DNA of 64,000 bases from Hormiphora californensis (Eukaryota > Animalia > Ctenophora), in assembly GCA_020137815.1 (NCBI GenBank), contig CM035362.1, forward strand, positions 2,790,001 through 2,854,000, given 5' to 3'. The notes beneath the pieces were generated by a model. The model was not told the origin of the DNA. It worked only from the letters and a program-made list of their open reading frames with translations, and did not search any database. This document shows, piece after piece, positions 26,834 through 38,100 of this stretch; the stretch's first letter is position 1; each line of letters starts with the position of its first letter. The position numbers were made by a program, and so were the translations under genes.

Positions 26834-29800
26834 CTATTTGCCCTTTTTTCCTTTCTTTCCTTTTTTCCCTTTCTTACCCTTGCCCTTCTTTCCCTTCTTT
26901 TTGGCGTAGGGTCCGAGACCCTTCCTCACCATCACCCCCTTCCACCAAGCCTGTATCTGTGGGAAAGTAGTATTAGGGAAATGCAGTGTAAACTGTGACT
27001 TGCTGCCTGGCGGCGCCGACCCGATCTGGGAATCAAAACGGGGTCTGGCGTAGCTAGACATGTGTCTTGGGGCTTTTTTCAAGATTATCATGTGGCTTAT
27101 GGGCTGACTATACAATTAAAGTTGTCCGGTAGTTCACGTTTCAGATGGGAAACACGAGGATTAGCTGGATTTAGTTTTTACCTTGGTGGCAGATTTAATT
27201 TCCAACTGTGCCTTTTCCGCCGCCTTCTGGGCCCGTTCCTTTTGGGCCCTGTCCTCTGTCACGACCTCGTCATACTCTTGGAACTAGAGAATAGTGTGTG
27301 TGGTAAAATCTAGCGACTGGTCGACCATTGTATCCAGATTCCTAATGCGTTGTCATTATTTGAGACAGCAAAACTTGTCAGAGCATTGGCCTAACCGGCG
27401 AATATTCATTTCTGAGAGGCAAAGATAGTCGGGCCAATACTCTGACCGCGGTTATTTGAAAGAAATGACAATAGGGGCGGGCCAATGCTCTGACAGGGCA
27501 GAAAATCAGGTACAGTCGAACCCCGATTTAGGGACACCCTCGGGGGAAAGGCTCTTGTCCACTAAATCGGGGTGTCCACTAAATCGGGGTCAAATAAGGT
27601 TAATTTCCTATATCGGGGGAAAAAAATCCTGTCCCTAAATCGGGGTGACACTAAATCGGGGGCCCCTAAATCGGGGTCCGACTGTATTTATTCACTGCTG
27701 GATTTGGTTACGAAGTCACCCCTATTATTGCATATAGGGGTGACAATACCGCCTACCTAAAAATGAAAATTTACAGGACCTTCTCATGAAAAGTTATCGA
27801 AAACTTGTCTAAAACCTATCTAAAACGTATGGTACTAGTTTGTATAGTAACCAGGACCTGAATTCTACAGAAAGTAACGACCGGTAGCGATTCCACCACA
27901 TGTTTAACAACAGAGGTGTGTCGCAGAACTCCTTATATGGGCATAAAATTCCAATCTTGTGGAATTTATTCTGACTCGACTATAGCTTAGTTATCAATGA
28001 ATCCACCTCTAATACCTTTAGAATGGCATTTTGCACATTTCTGAAGCTTTTTGTAGCCAAATTCCAGCATCTTCATAGTTTTCCAAAAACAAAAACAGTG
28101 TTAATGGCCAAAATATCGAAAAATTCCGGTATGTAAAGGTAGCTCAGACAATTTCCTCGGTATGTTCAAAAAATTAGAACTTTCTGTTTTGTAGTTTGGA
28201 CACAGGAATTTTTTTCCCGCCGTACAAGCGATATTATTACCCCTCCGTGAGCTAGCGCAGAGGGGGAATTTCATTACCAACTGCTGGATCAAGTCTGTGT
28301 GTAATGTGTACGGTACGCCGCGCGCGGCCATAGCAACAGCGCGCTTGACTGTAGAAAATCTTGATTCGGCGTTAGCGCCCGCACCATATCTCATTGAAAT
28401 CAGCTCAAGACAATTCACAATTCAATTATCCGCCGTTAGTACTGAAAATAAGTAAACTAACCTTAAGAGTAAGTTCTTGTAGTTTTAATAAAATATTAGC
28501 TTTCGTCCCCTTTAGTGTGCTTAACTCCTCCGACTTCTGGTCCACCTCCTTCTCGTACCTTATTGGCGAAATTAGGAAATTTAGAGCGATATTCCACAGA
28601 ATTTACAACTATTATTTTCTCTTACTACTTATTTGAACCGGTACCCCGGCTTTCATAAAAAATTATTCTCTCAGTATTGTGAAACTAACTTGTCCATCCA
28701 ATATTCGACTTTCTCCTGCAGCTGATCGTGATGTTTCTTAACCCACATCTCCGTCTCCTTAGAATTGGGGAGAGAGAGTTATTGGATAGTTAGTTTCAAA
28801 AAACGTTATTGGGACAGTCCACGTCTGAGTGAGATAATCTCACTCAGACGTCACAGAATTTCTCCCAAGTGGTACAATCTTTTTACAAAAATAGTGTTGC
28901 TACATAAACTGGAGATGCTCTAGTTTATGCAGCGAAAGATTTTTGTAAAAAGATTGTACCACTATCGCTGGAGTGTAATTTCGTGATTTTTACCTTATTC
29001 ACTTTGGTCTCTTCCTCCATTTGTATTTGAAGGTTTTCAAGTTCAGCTTGAAGATCGGCTTCTGTCATGTTGCATTTCTTATTCTTCATGACCTTCTGAA
29101 CCTGATAAGGAGAACAGGGTATCAGTACCAGGCTAAAACGTGCAGAATAGTTGTCTCACAAAAGGCTGTCCTTTCTGAACCGACAACAAAATAGAAGGTA
29201 GGAACCCGTAATGTGACCCCGCTGATTCTCACCCAGAAATTTGCTATTCAGCGAGTCACTCACGCTGCCGCTTGTAGTCGCATTACCGTAATGGAATTAG
29301 AGTACAAGCGACCGGGTCAGCTACAATTATGACTCCTACCTGACATTCTTTCTCAATATATTTTCTCTCCATTGTGGTTTTAGCTCGAGTCTCCTGGAGC
29401 TGATCTTTCAGGTGAGCTATCATTTCGTTTCGGCTCTGCATCTCGACCTGGTGTGGGACCAATGTAACAGTCGGATCCCAGCTTTAACGGCCCCCGATTT
29501 AACAGCACCCCGATTTAACGGCAGGATATTCTTACCCCGATATAGGAAATTAACAGTATTTAACGGATACCCCGATTTAACGGACAAAACCCTTTCCCCC
29601 GAGAGTGCTGTTAGTTGTTATCAGTGGTTACCACTGTGTTATTCTTTCTTCAATAGTGAGATGAAATAATGCAAGATGAAATAATGCAAGATGGAATGTA
29701 AGAATCGACCGACGAGTAGTAGATAATGTTACTTTTTAAGGCAGATACCAACTAGCACTAAAGATTTCAAATATTTTGTTGAGTACATAAATATTTGAGA

Positions 29801-32800
29801 TACAACATTATATGGGTACGGCTTGTAGTGAGCTATAATGATCTAATCGGCATGGTTCTTAAATACTCTACTACTCAACAAAAACTGCCATTTCTCTCAA
29901 CATGAAAAACATTTTCTTCCTTTTGGTGATATTTGTCCTCCTTGCCAGGCCTACAAGCGGCGCCAGTCGTCGTCGTCGTCGTCGTCGAGCGGTTAACGGC
30001 GGCTGGGGCGGTTGGGGAAGTTGGGGATCTTGTGCCTGTGACCACAAATTCGGAACGGGAACATGGCGGAAATCTAGGTCCTGTAACAATCCGCACCCCG
30101 CATATGGAGGTGCTGATTGTCCAGGACTGAATACTGTCAGTGGGTCATGTGATGGGCAATGTTGTCTGACAATTGACGGAGCGTGGAGCGATTGGAGAGC
30201 TTGGGGTTCGTGTTCGTGCACATACACCACTGGAACAGGTGAATTTGATGTTTGTAGTACAATCGGACCCCAATTTAGTGGCCCCCGATACGATTGTCAA
30301 TGCTTTGATCGGTGCTCCCCATAAATTTTGAGAGAAAAAGATATTTTGAAATTTTGTTACTTCCTCACCCGCTTAGGGTGCCCCGATTCGGCATGGTATC
30401 ACGTATCGGTTCGTTTCGAACCCGCTAATTAGCGACAGGACATCCAGTAAGCTGCACCGATTCGAAACACACATCGGACGGTTTAACTTAGAGAATTTTT
30501 CACAATTTTTTAATTTTTTAGTTTTCTTTTTCTAATCAGAAATGATCATGTCATCAATACATGGATATTGCATATAACAGTTAGTGGTGTCTTTAGTCTT
30601 AGCATTTTGGGAATAAAATAGGTTTTTATGGGCAAAATATGGCTCAACCCGATTTAGTGGCACCCCGATTTAGTGGCAGGATTTTCCCCCGACCCCCGAG
30701 GATGCCACTAAATCGGGTTCCGACTGTAGTATAATTTTCAGATATTTTCTTTCGAAATTCCTATTCCTTTGTTTTGATAAACAGAGTCATGATAGCCATA
30801 ATCCATTCCAATGTTCCATCTACCTCCCCCACATCAAATTAGCTCCAAATTCCTCTAAACTACTCTAAAACCCCAGGATCCAAGTCCCGGGTTCGTAGTT
30901 GCACGAGCCCAGCCCCAGACTGCGGTGGTAGAGCCTGTACAGGACAACACGTCAACTACGGGAACTGTGACGATCAATGTTGCCAGACTGTCCACGGAGG
31001 ATGGACTGACTGGAACGCCTGGCATTGTGTATGCAACCACGCTGACGGCACGGGAGTTAGGACGAAATCTCGGGAGTGTAAGAACCCAACACCTTACTGC
31101 TATGGACGCGGGTGTGATGGGCCCAGCTCAATGTCGGGTGTCAAGTGCGATGAGAATTGTTGTGTGAGTATACCGGGTGCGTGGGCGGCTTGGAGTGAGT
31201 TTGGGGCGTGTGTGTGCAACCATGATGTGGGAACGGGGCAGCGGACTCGGAAGAGGACGTGCACAAATCCAGCGCCATCGTGTTTTGGGGCAGCGTGCTT
31301 CGGGGATAGTGATGAAAAGATTGGGTGCGATGATCAATGTTGCATGACCATAGATGGACTTTGGAGCCAGTGGGGAGAATGGAGCGAGTGTACCTGTAAC
31401 CATGGTAACGGAACAGGAATACAGGAACGGATACGGGCGTGCAATTCCCCCGAACCGTCCTGTTATGGGGCGATGTGTACGGGAACGTACCGAGAGGAGA
31501 AGTCCTGTGATGACGATTGTTGCAAGACGGTTCACGGTGGGTGGACAGAGTGGAGCGATTGGCTTGATTGTAAGTGTGACCACGATATTGGACAGGGGTA
31601 CCGTATTCGGGATCGGAATTGTACGGATCCAACCCCAACGTGTTACGGTGAGCTGTGCGATGGTGCTGGGGTAGAAGCAAAGTCCTGTCACGATGAGTGC
31701 TGTACTACCCTTCACGGGAGGTGGTTACCGTGGAGTGATTGGAGTGAGTGTCAATGTTTCCAAAATGAAGCCGCCATGGTGATATCGGGTGAATCAAGTC
31801 GGGTTCGTGAGTGCACGGAACCGTACTGCTACGGGGATACCTGTGTGGGGGAGGAGGGCCAAACGCGGAACTGCACCACAACATGCACACAATGTGACGC
31901 GGGAGAGTTTTACAACCAAACTCTGGGCGAGTGTGTCATGTGCCCCGTTGGGACGTACGGCGAGTACTCCGGGGCAATTGAGTGTTTGGAGTGTGAACGG
32001 GAGATGACCTCAGATCTGGGTAGTCAGGAATGCTTTTACGATGAACCATGTTACGAGGAAGGACGAGATGTGGGGGAGGAGGAGGGGGTAGTCTTGTATG
32101 GAGTGACACTCCCCTCAGAGTGTTTGGACGAGTGTTACTCGAGTAACTGCACCCGAGTGGTGTTAACTGACACCACATGTCACCTCTACAACTCGACTGA
32201 CACCCCAACCCGAGTGAGCGAGAATCCGTTCTCACTGCACATTAGTTTAGATTGTCTTGAGGGCTGCGTGGAAGAGGATCAGGTATATGATGGAGAGAGA
32301 GGGCTGTGTGTGGTGTGCACACCGGATATGCCGTGTTACCCCACCATTCCTCCGCCACAACCAAAAAGTGCTGAAGATGATGGTGATGAGGGTGATATTG
32401 AGGGATTTGGGGAGGATACCCCGGCAGCCTGTGAAAGAGGTGTCACCATACCGGGTATCGGGTGTGTTCCCAATGGTATACTTGGTGTTATCGTCGGGAT
32501 CGCGGTTGGGGTGGCAGTTAGTGCGGCACTCTGGTATAGAAGGGCACGCAGAGCCCCACCTCCTACACAGCAACAAGAGGAGATCCCGCCAGTGGTTATA
32601 CCACCAATACCTATGTCTGGGGTGATCACTAACCGTCTCTATGGCAACGGGTGCAGTGATCAGGAGATGTTGGTGAGTGAGGGGGAGGAAGATGATGAGG
32701 GGCAATATGTGGAATATCTAGGAGTAGAAGCCGGACGAGGTGTCGGAGGAAGAGGGGCTGGAGTTGGAGTTGGAGGAAGAGGGGCTGGAGATAGAATGGG

Positions 32801-34520
32801 TGATGAAGAAGGTGATGAAGAAGGGGAAGGAGAGGAGGAATACTACAATAGTCTTGGAGGGGAGAGGAGGGAGTTGAGTGCCGAGGAGAGGTATATCAGT
32901 AAGCTAAAGGGAGAGGAGGAGGATGAAAAGAAGGGATGTGATGATAATGTATACAACTAATGGGAACCACATGTAATGGTAATGTGTACAACTAATGGGT
33001 ACCACATGTGATGGTAATGGTACCCGTGGACTCCAAATAAGACGATAGTCTGGCTAACAAACTCAAGTGACCTTCAATCTGATAACTGATTTGAATAACT
33101 TTAGAATTTGATGTGACCATGATATTTTGATATTATTACCTCTTTCGATCTCTTGAGCTCAAGCAACTGGCGTTGCAAACTTCTCACGTTCTTCCTGGCA
33201 TCTTCCTCCCTGTTTGAAGAGTTTGGGAATAAATATACAAGACAATCTTTGCTAAATAAGCTGCTATTATAGACAATGATCGGTAACAAAATTCATCTGT
33301 GTATGAATACATTTTCATGTTAGATTTGTTAATTTTTTTGTTTCAATCTTTTCACCTGAGAATGGTTTCCTGAAGTTTGTTTTTCTTTTCTCTCTCCTCA
33401 ACAGTAGCCCTGATGAGACCCTCAAATGAACCTTCTTGAGAGACCTCCTCGAGACACTCACTAGCAAGTAGCTGAAGGTACTCTCTGTGAAGGGATAGTT
33501 CGGTATGTGCAAATATTACATTGTATTTACACATGATGATCAGTAGTAAGATGTTACATTGTTACATGATCTTGAGGGTTGGTATGTTATAGTTTCCCTT
33601 AAAGTTACATCACATTTGCGAACATCCGAAAAGTTGACAGAAAATGTAACTCACAAACCTGTCTTGTTGAAGCTTTATGAGGTTCTCGGTGGCAAGGGGG
33701 TTCAGTTTGACGTTTCGAACGAGTGCCTGGGCGCTACTCTTCATATTCTGTTTGACATTAGCTAGCTCATTACTGGGACGGTCTGATGTAACCAATTCCT
33801 CATACCTGAACATTGTGTAATTGGAATGCTATTTTGTCGGCAGAAGTGCCCGCGAATGAACAAAGGAACATTCATGAGATGAGACATGGGGATATACTTT
33901 CCATAAATATGGAGACAAACACAAGAGCTGTAGACACAGACTACAGTTGTTACAGATGTATATGTCACACACGTACCTTCCTTCTAGTTGTTTCTGGCTG
34001 TTCAGCAATTTTGCAATCTCGTTCAATGAACCCTGGAGGGGGGTTTGTAAGCTTCCAACAGCGGGGATCAGAGGGGTTGGCGGCACCGAACATTTCGTCA
34101 GTGCCACTACTAACAATCCCAATGTTACCCACACAATCCCAATGATACCCAAACAATTTGGTAACAATTTGGTAACCACCGCCTTACATGTATAACCTGA
34201 CCATGACCGAATTGGTTAGGGTCGCATTGACCATCACGCGTACCACCCAGCTGTGCAGCAGGAACCGACAGAATCAGGAAATACTGGTCCCTGATTGGCT
34301 GATAACCAGTCACGTGACCTAAATATCGAGTTCTGATTGGTTGTTTACTTGTTTCGGTCGGTTCCTGCTGTGCAACACTCACCGATGAGATAGTATTTTC
34401 AGGTACGGTAATGATGCTCCCCAGCACAGCCAACTGATCAACACAGTCCTCAAGGACGGCTGCCACGTGCTCCGCGTCCAGGGCACATAGCTCAAGGGGT
34501 GAGTCTGATACTAGTAACAT
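26834..34520 (-). CDS. IQCG: Dynein regulatory complex protein 9 (IQCG/DRC9); exons 34383-34520, 33977-34032, 33659-33805, 33356-33484, 33140-33209, 29340-29447, 28994-29101, 28690-28757, 28462-28558, 27182-27283, 26834-26956
   Basis: AVLEDCVDQLAVL, KLQQDR, SRNEMIAHLKDQLQE, EYWMDKYEKE and C-terminal IQ motif SATKIQAWWKGVMVRK followed by a K/G tail. All phases are consistent. Confidence 0.93.
28869..28962. repeat. Short palindromic element, with a second small palindrome at 28821-28851
   Basis: agtggtacaatctttttacaaaa...ttttgtaaaaagattgtaccact inverted arms. Confidence 0.75.
29902..32960 (+). CDS. Single-pass membrane protein with 7 thrombospondin type-1 repeats, a GCC2/3 (ephrin-receptor-like) Cys repeat and a possible PAN/apple module; exons 29902-30238, 30877-32960; nested antisense in IQCG intron 5
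   Basis: Signal peptide then R7, seven xxGxWxxWxxWxxC...RxRxC units, CDAGEFYN...CPVGTY...C, TM GILGVIVGIAVGVAVSAALWY and an acidic Tyr-containing tail. A phase-1 intron joins the two ORFs. Confidence 0.92.
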
Positions 34521-35193
34521 CTCTAAAGTGAGGTACAGAGTGAAGATATATATATTGTTGCGGCTGAGGGAGGTGGGTTTTAACTGGGTGTTGAAGATGT
34601 ACTTTCCAATGATGAATGAGGGGTAGGGGGAATTGGGAGGATGGGGCCGGGGGTAAGTCAAACATGATGAAATCACGTAGAATATTTTTGATTTCAGGGG
34701 CCTAAAATAAAAAACATCTACATATATTTGTAAAATATTTATCAATTAAGATGATGTTGAACCAGCAACTATTATGTTATCATCATATATTTAAGTTGTC
34801 ACCCCCCTTTTCGTGCACAGAATGTTTTTGCGTGTCACATCACATGTTAACGTGTGGTGTGCACGTCAAAATTGATAAATTTCACATGCGTGGTCATTTT
34901 GGGGTGACAACTTCAAAAAATCCGACTTTATAAACATTCTAGATCACGTTGTGTTGCTAATACTTTATTATAGCCTTACAATAAAAATATGTTCATTTTC
35001 AGTATGGCGCAAATAAAAACAGTTCCTCATGCATGATCATGTATACAAAATATAACATCTATTGTATGTATTCATAATTTAATGAATTATAATTTTCTAG
35101 TTTTTATGTCAAAAAACAGATTTTCTATCTTACAAATCCCGAGTGATTTTCGCTTCGGATAATATATTTTGTAGTCAATGGTAATGAAATTTC

Positions 35194-38100
35194 TTACTCG
35201 TCCCTTTGTTCTAGTCTAGCACATTCAGTTCTCAACTCCTCGAACCGCCCCCGAACCTCCCCCAAATAACTATCAAGTTCACTTGTATCCACAAGTGCTT
35301 GGTCGAGTGTTGGCCGGAGAGAGATATCAAGTTCTTCCGTAGCTAGTCTCCCCGTCGTAGACCGTGTCTTTGGTGATCGTGGTTTGATTGGTTCCAAAAT
35401 CTGAGAACCTTTCTTTGTCTTTCTGAAACAGATTTTGTTCAGACTTGGCATCCAAAGATTGTCTAGGAAAATGGTAAATGGTAAATATCATGGGAATGTG
35501 TTACGGAGCTGTTATAGCACCGCGGTGATTGTCATCACATTATTATCACCTCATAAGTAGACCCCCCTTTTGTCACCATAGAAACAATGGTATGGAGCGT
35601 ACTGCAGCTCCTTACTATAAATCATTATAAAGGCTATAGCACAAACCACTGCACCGCATTGATTTCCTAGTTGCAGTGACACGTCAAAGTGAGAGGGATA
35701 GAGAGGTAGGGAGAGAGAGAGAAAATATGTGTTATATTTAACGTGTCACTGTGTTAGTGTGTTAGCACACTGCTGATTGCAGTTCGGAGAATCTCACTCC
35801 CTCTCTACCCTGCATCACTTTGTTTTCTAAGAATTTTCTCTTGCACACCATAAAGGGGGGGGGGGGGTGACACGTAACACTTTGTAACACTTTGTAACAT
35901 GTAACACGCACAAAAAGTTTTCTGCACATGTTACAAAGTGTTACATAGTGTTACAAAGTGTTACATAGTGTTACAAAGTTTTACATAGTGTTACAAAGTG
36001 TTACACAGTGTTACAAAGTGTTACAAAATAATTACAAATATATATAAGACGGTTGGTGAATAAGTAATTTGAACGACTTTGGTGTCGTTCTAAAACACAT
36101 CTAAAAGTTTAAAAACGTTTTTAGGGTTAAAACATACACTTTTTTACTAATTTGCGGATGTTTTGAGCCTCTGATGTCATTGACTGTGGAAATCAATGTT
36201 TTGCTCAAACCTTTTTATGGTCGAACAAGGCAAGGAAATCAGGGCTGAAATAGTCCATTTGGTAAAGAAAAATATGAACTTTAGACAACGGTAAACCGCT
36301 CATTTCAGGCAATATGTTTCTTCATAAATCATAAGACTCACAATTACATATAACATAATATCTTATATCGTTACGGTCGGGTTGCTGTGATTCCTCCTGA
36401 ATCCCCTCGGTGAATCACCGATGGCGATGCCCAGTCTACTCCTGGTCAGTACCCGTCCCCATGATAGCGTGGAATGGGACAAGTACAAATTCAGGGTTTC
36501 TTGAAACACTTTCGCTAGATTGCATGATGGTACATAACTTGTACTTGTCCCATCCCGCGCTTTGGGGACGGGTAGTTACTGACCAGGAGTAGACTGGGCA
36601 TCGCCGTCGGTGATTCACCGACTGTATGGCGGCGCCATGCCCCATTTGATTCTCAAATTCCTAATCTGAGTGTGCGACAGTGCGCTCAGATGGGGTCGGC
36701 GGCGCCAGACAGTTCACCGAGGGGATTCAGGAGGAATCACAGCAACCCGACCGTAACGATTTTATGTTATATGTAATTGTAAGTCTTATGAAGAAACATA
36801 TTGCCTGAAATGAGCATTGAGCGGTTTTCGATTCATGGGGTCAAAAAGCGGCAAAATATCAATTCCTGGTATGTACATGCATTCATTGTGTGACGTGTGT
36901 TAACGATTGCGTCACAACTCATAGGTGACTCAGCACATTGGGGGCCTCTGAGAGGCACAATATTTTTAAGATCGCTCTAAAAACTATATTTTTCTTTACC
37001 AAACGGTCTATTTCAGCCCTGATTTTCACAATCGATGACATCAGAGGCTCAAAACATTAATAAGGTGATTTAACTCAAATTTTAGCCTCAACCACAAAAA
37101 AATTTGTTACAAAGGATTTCCACCTCAAATGTACTCCTAAGGGTCCCCTCTATCGACTCCAACCAATGTTCATATTTGTTCAGGGGTGCTAAGGCCTCAT
37201 TTCCGGATGGGCGTGGTACCTGTATTTTCAGCCTGAGGCCAAAACCATAAGTACCCTTAAAATAGGAGTAGAGATAAAATCGAGGGCACTAGAGTGATCA
37301 GCGTCCTCGCGTTAGTGGGGGTAGGTGCTGGAATTAAGTCTCTATCTCATCTGGTTAATTAGATAATTGGATAATTAGTTTTGCGCATAACCGTTTTTTG
37401 GCTATATGGCTATAGCCACTTAGGAATGGTTTAAAGACTTTTATTGGTGCCATTTTGTAGGCAAAGCGAATTTATGGGGGGTCGACGTCGGACTTTTAAG
37501 CTCTATCTTCAACCGTTTAGCCGTTATTTGGCTTTAACGGTGTTCAAAATCGGGGATTTTACCGTATTTTGCTCATTTGGAGAATCTTAAAAGCCAAATA
37601 ACGGCTAAACGGTTGAAGATAGAGCTTAAAAGTCCGACGTCGACCCCCCATAAATTCGCTTTGCCTACAAAATGGCACCAATGAAAAGTCTCTAAACCAT
37701 TCCTAAGTGGCTATAGCCATATAGCCAAAAAACGGTTATGCGCAAAACTAATTATCCAATTATCTAATTAACCAGATGAGATAGAGACTTAATTCCAGCA
37801 CCTACCCCCACTAACGCGAGGACGCTGATCACTCTAGTGCCCTCGATTTTATCTCTACTCCTATTTTAAGGGTACTTATGGTTTTGGCCTCAGGCTGAAA
37901 ATACAGGTACCACGCCCATCCGGAAATGAGGCCTTAGCACCCCTGAACAAATATGAACATTGGTTGGAGTCGATAGAGGGGACCCTTAGGAGTACATTTG
38001 AGGTGGAAATCCTTTGTAACAAATTTTTTTGTGGTGTTCCTGACTTATCACCTTACTACATCCCCAAATTAGTTAAAAAGTGTATGTTTTAACCCTAAAA

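Noticed and set aside
31128-32705. Antisense and alternate-frame ORFs over the TSP1 gene
   Set aside because: Shadows of the real plus-strand CDS, with no independent motifs.
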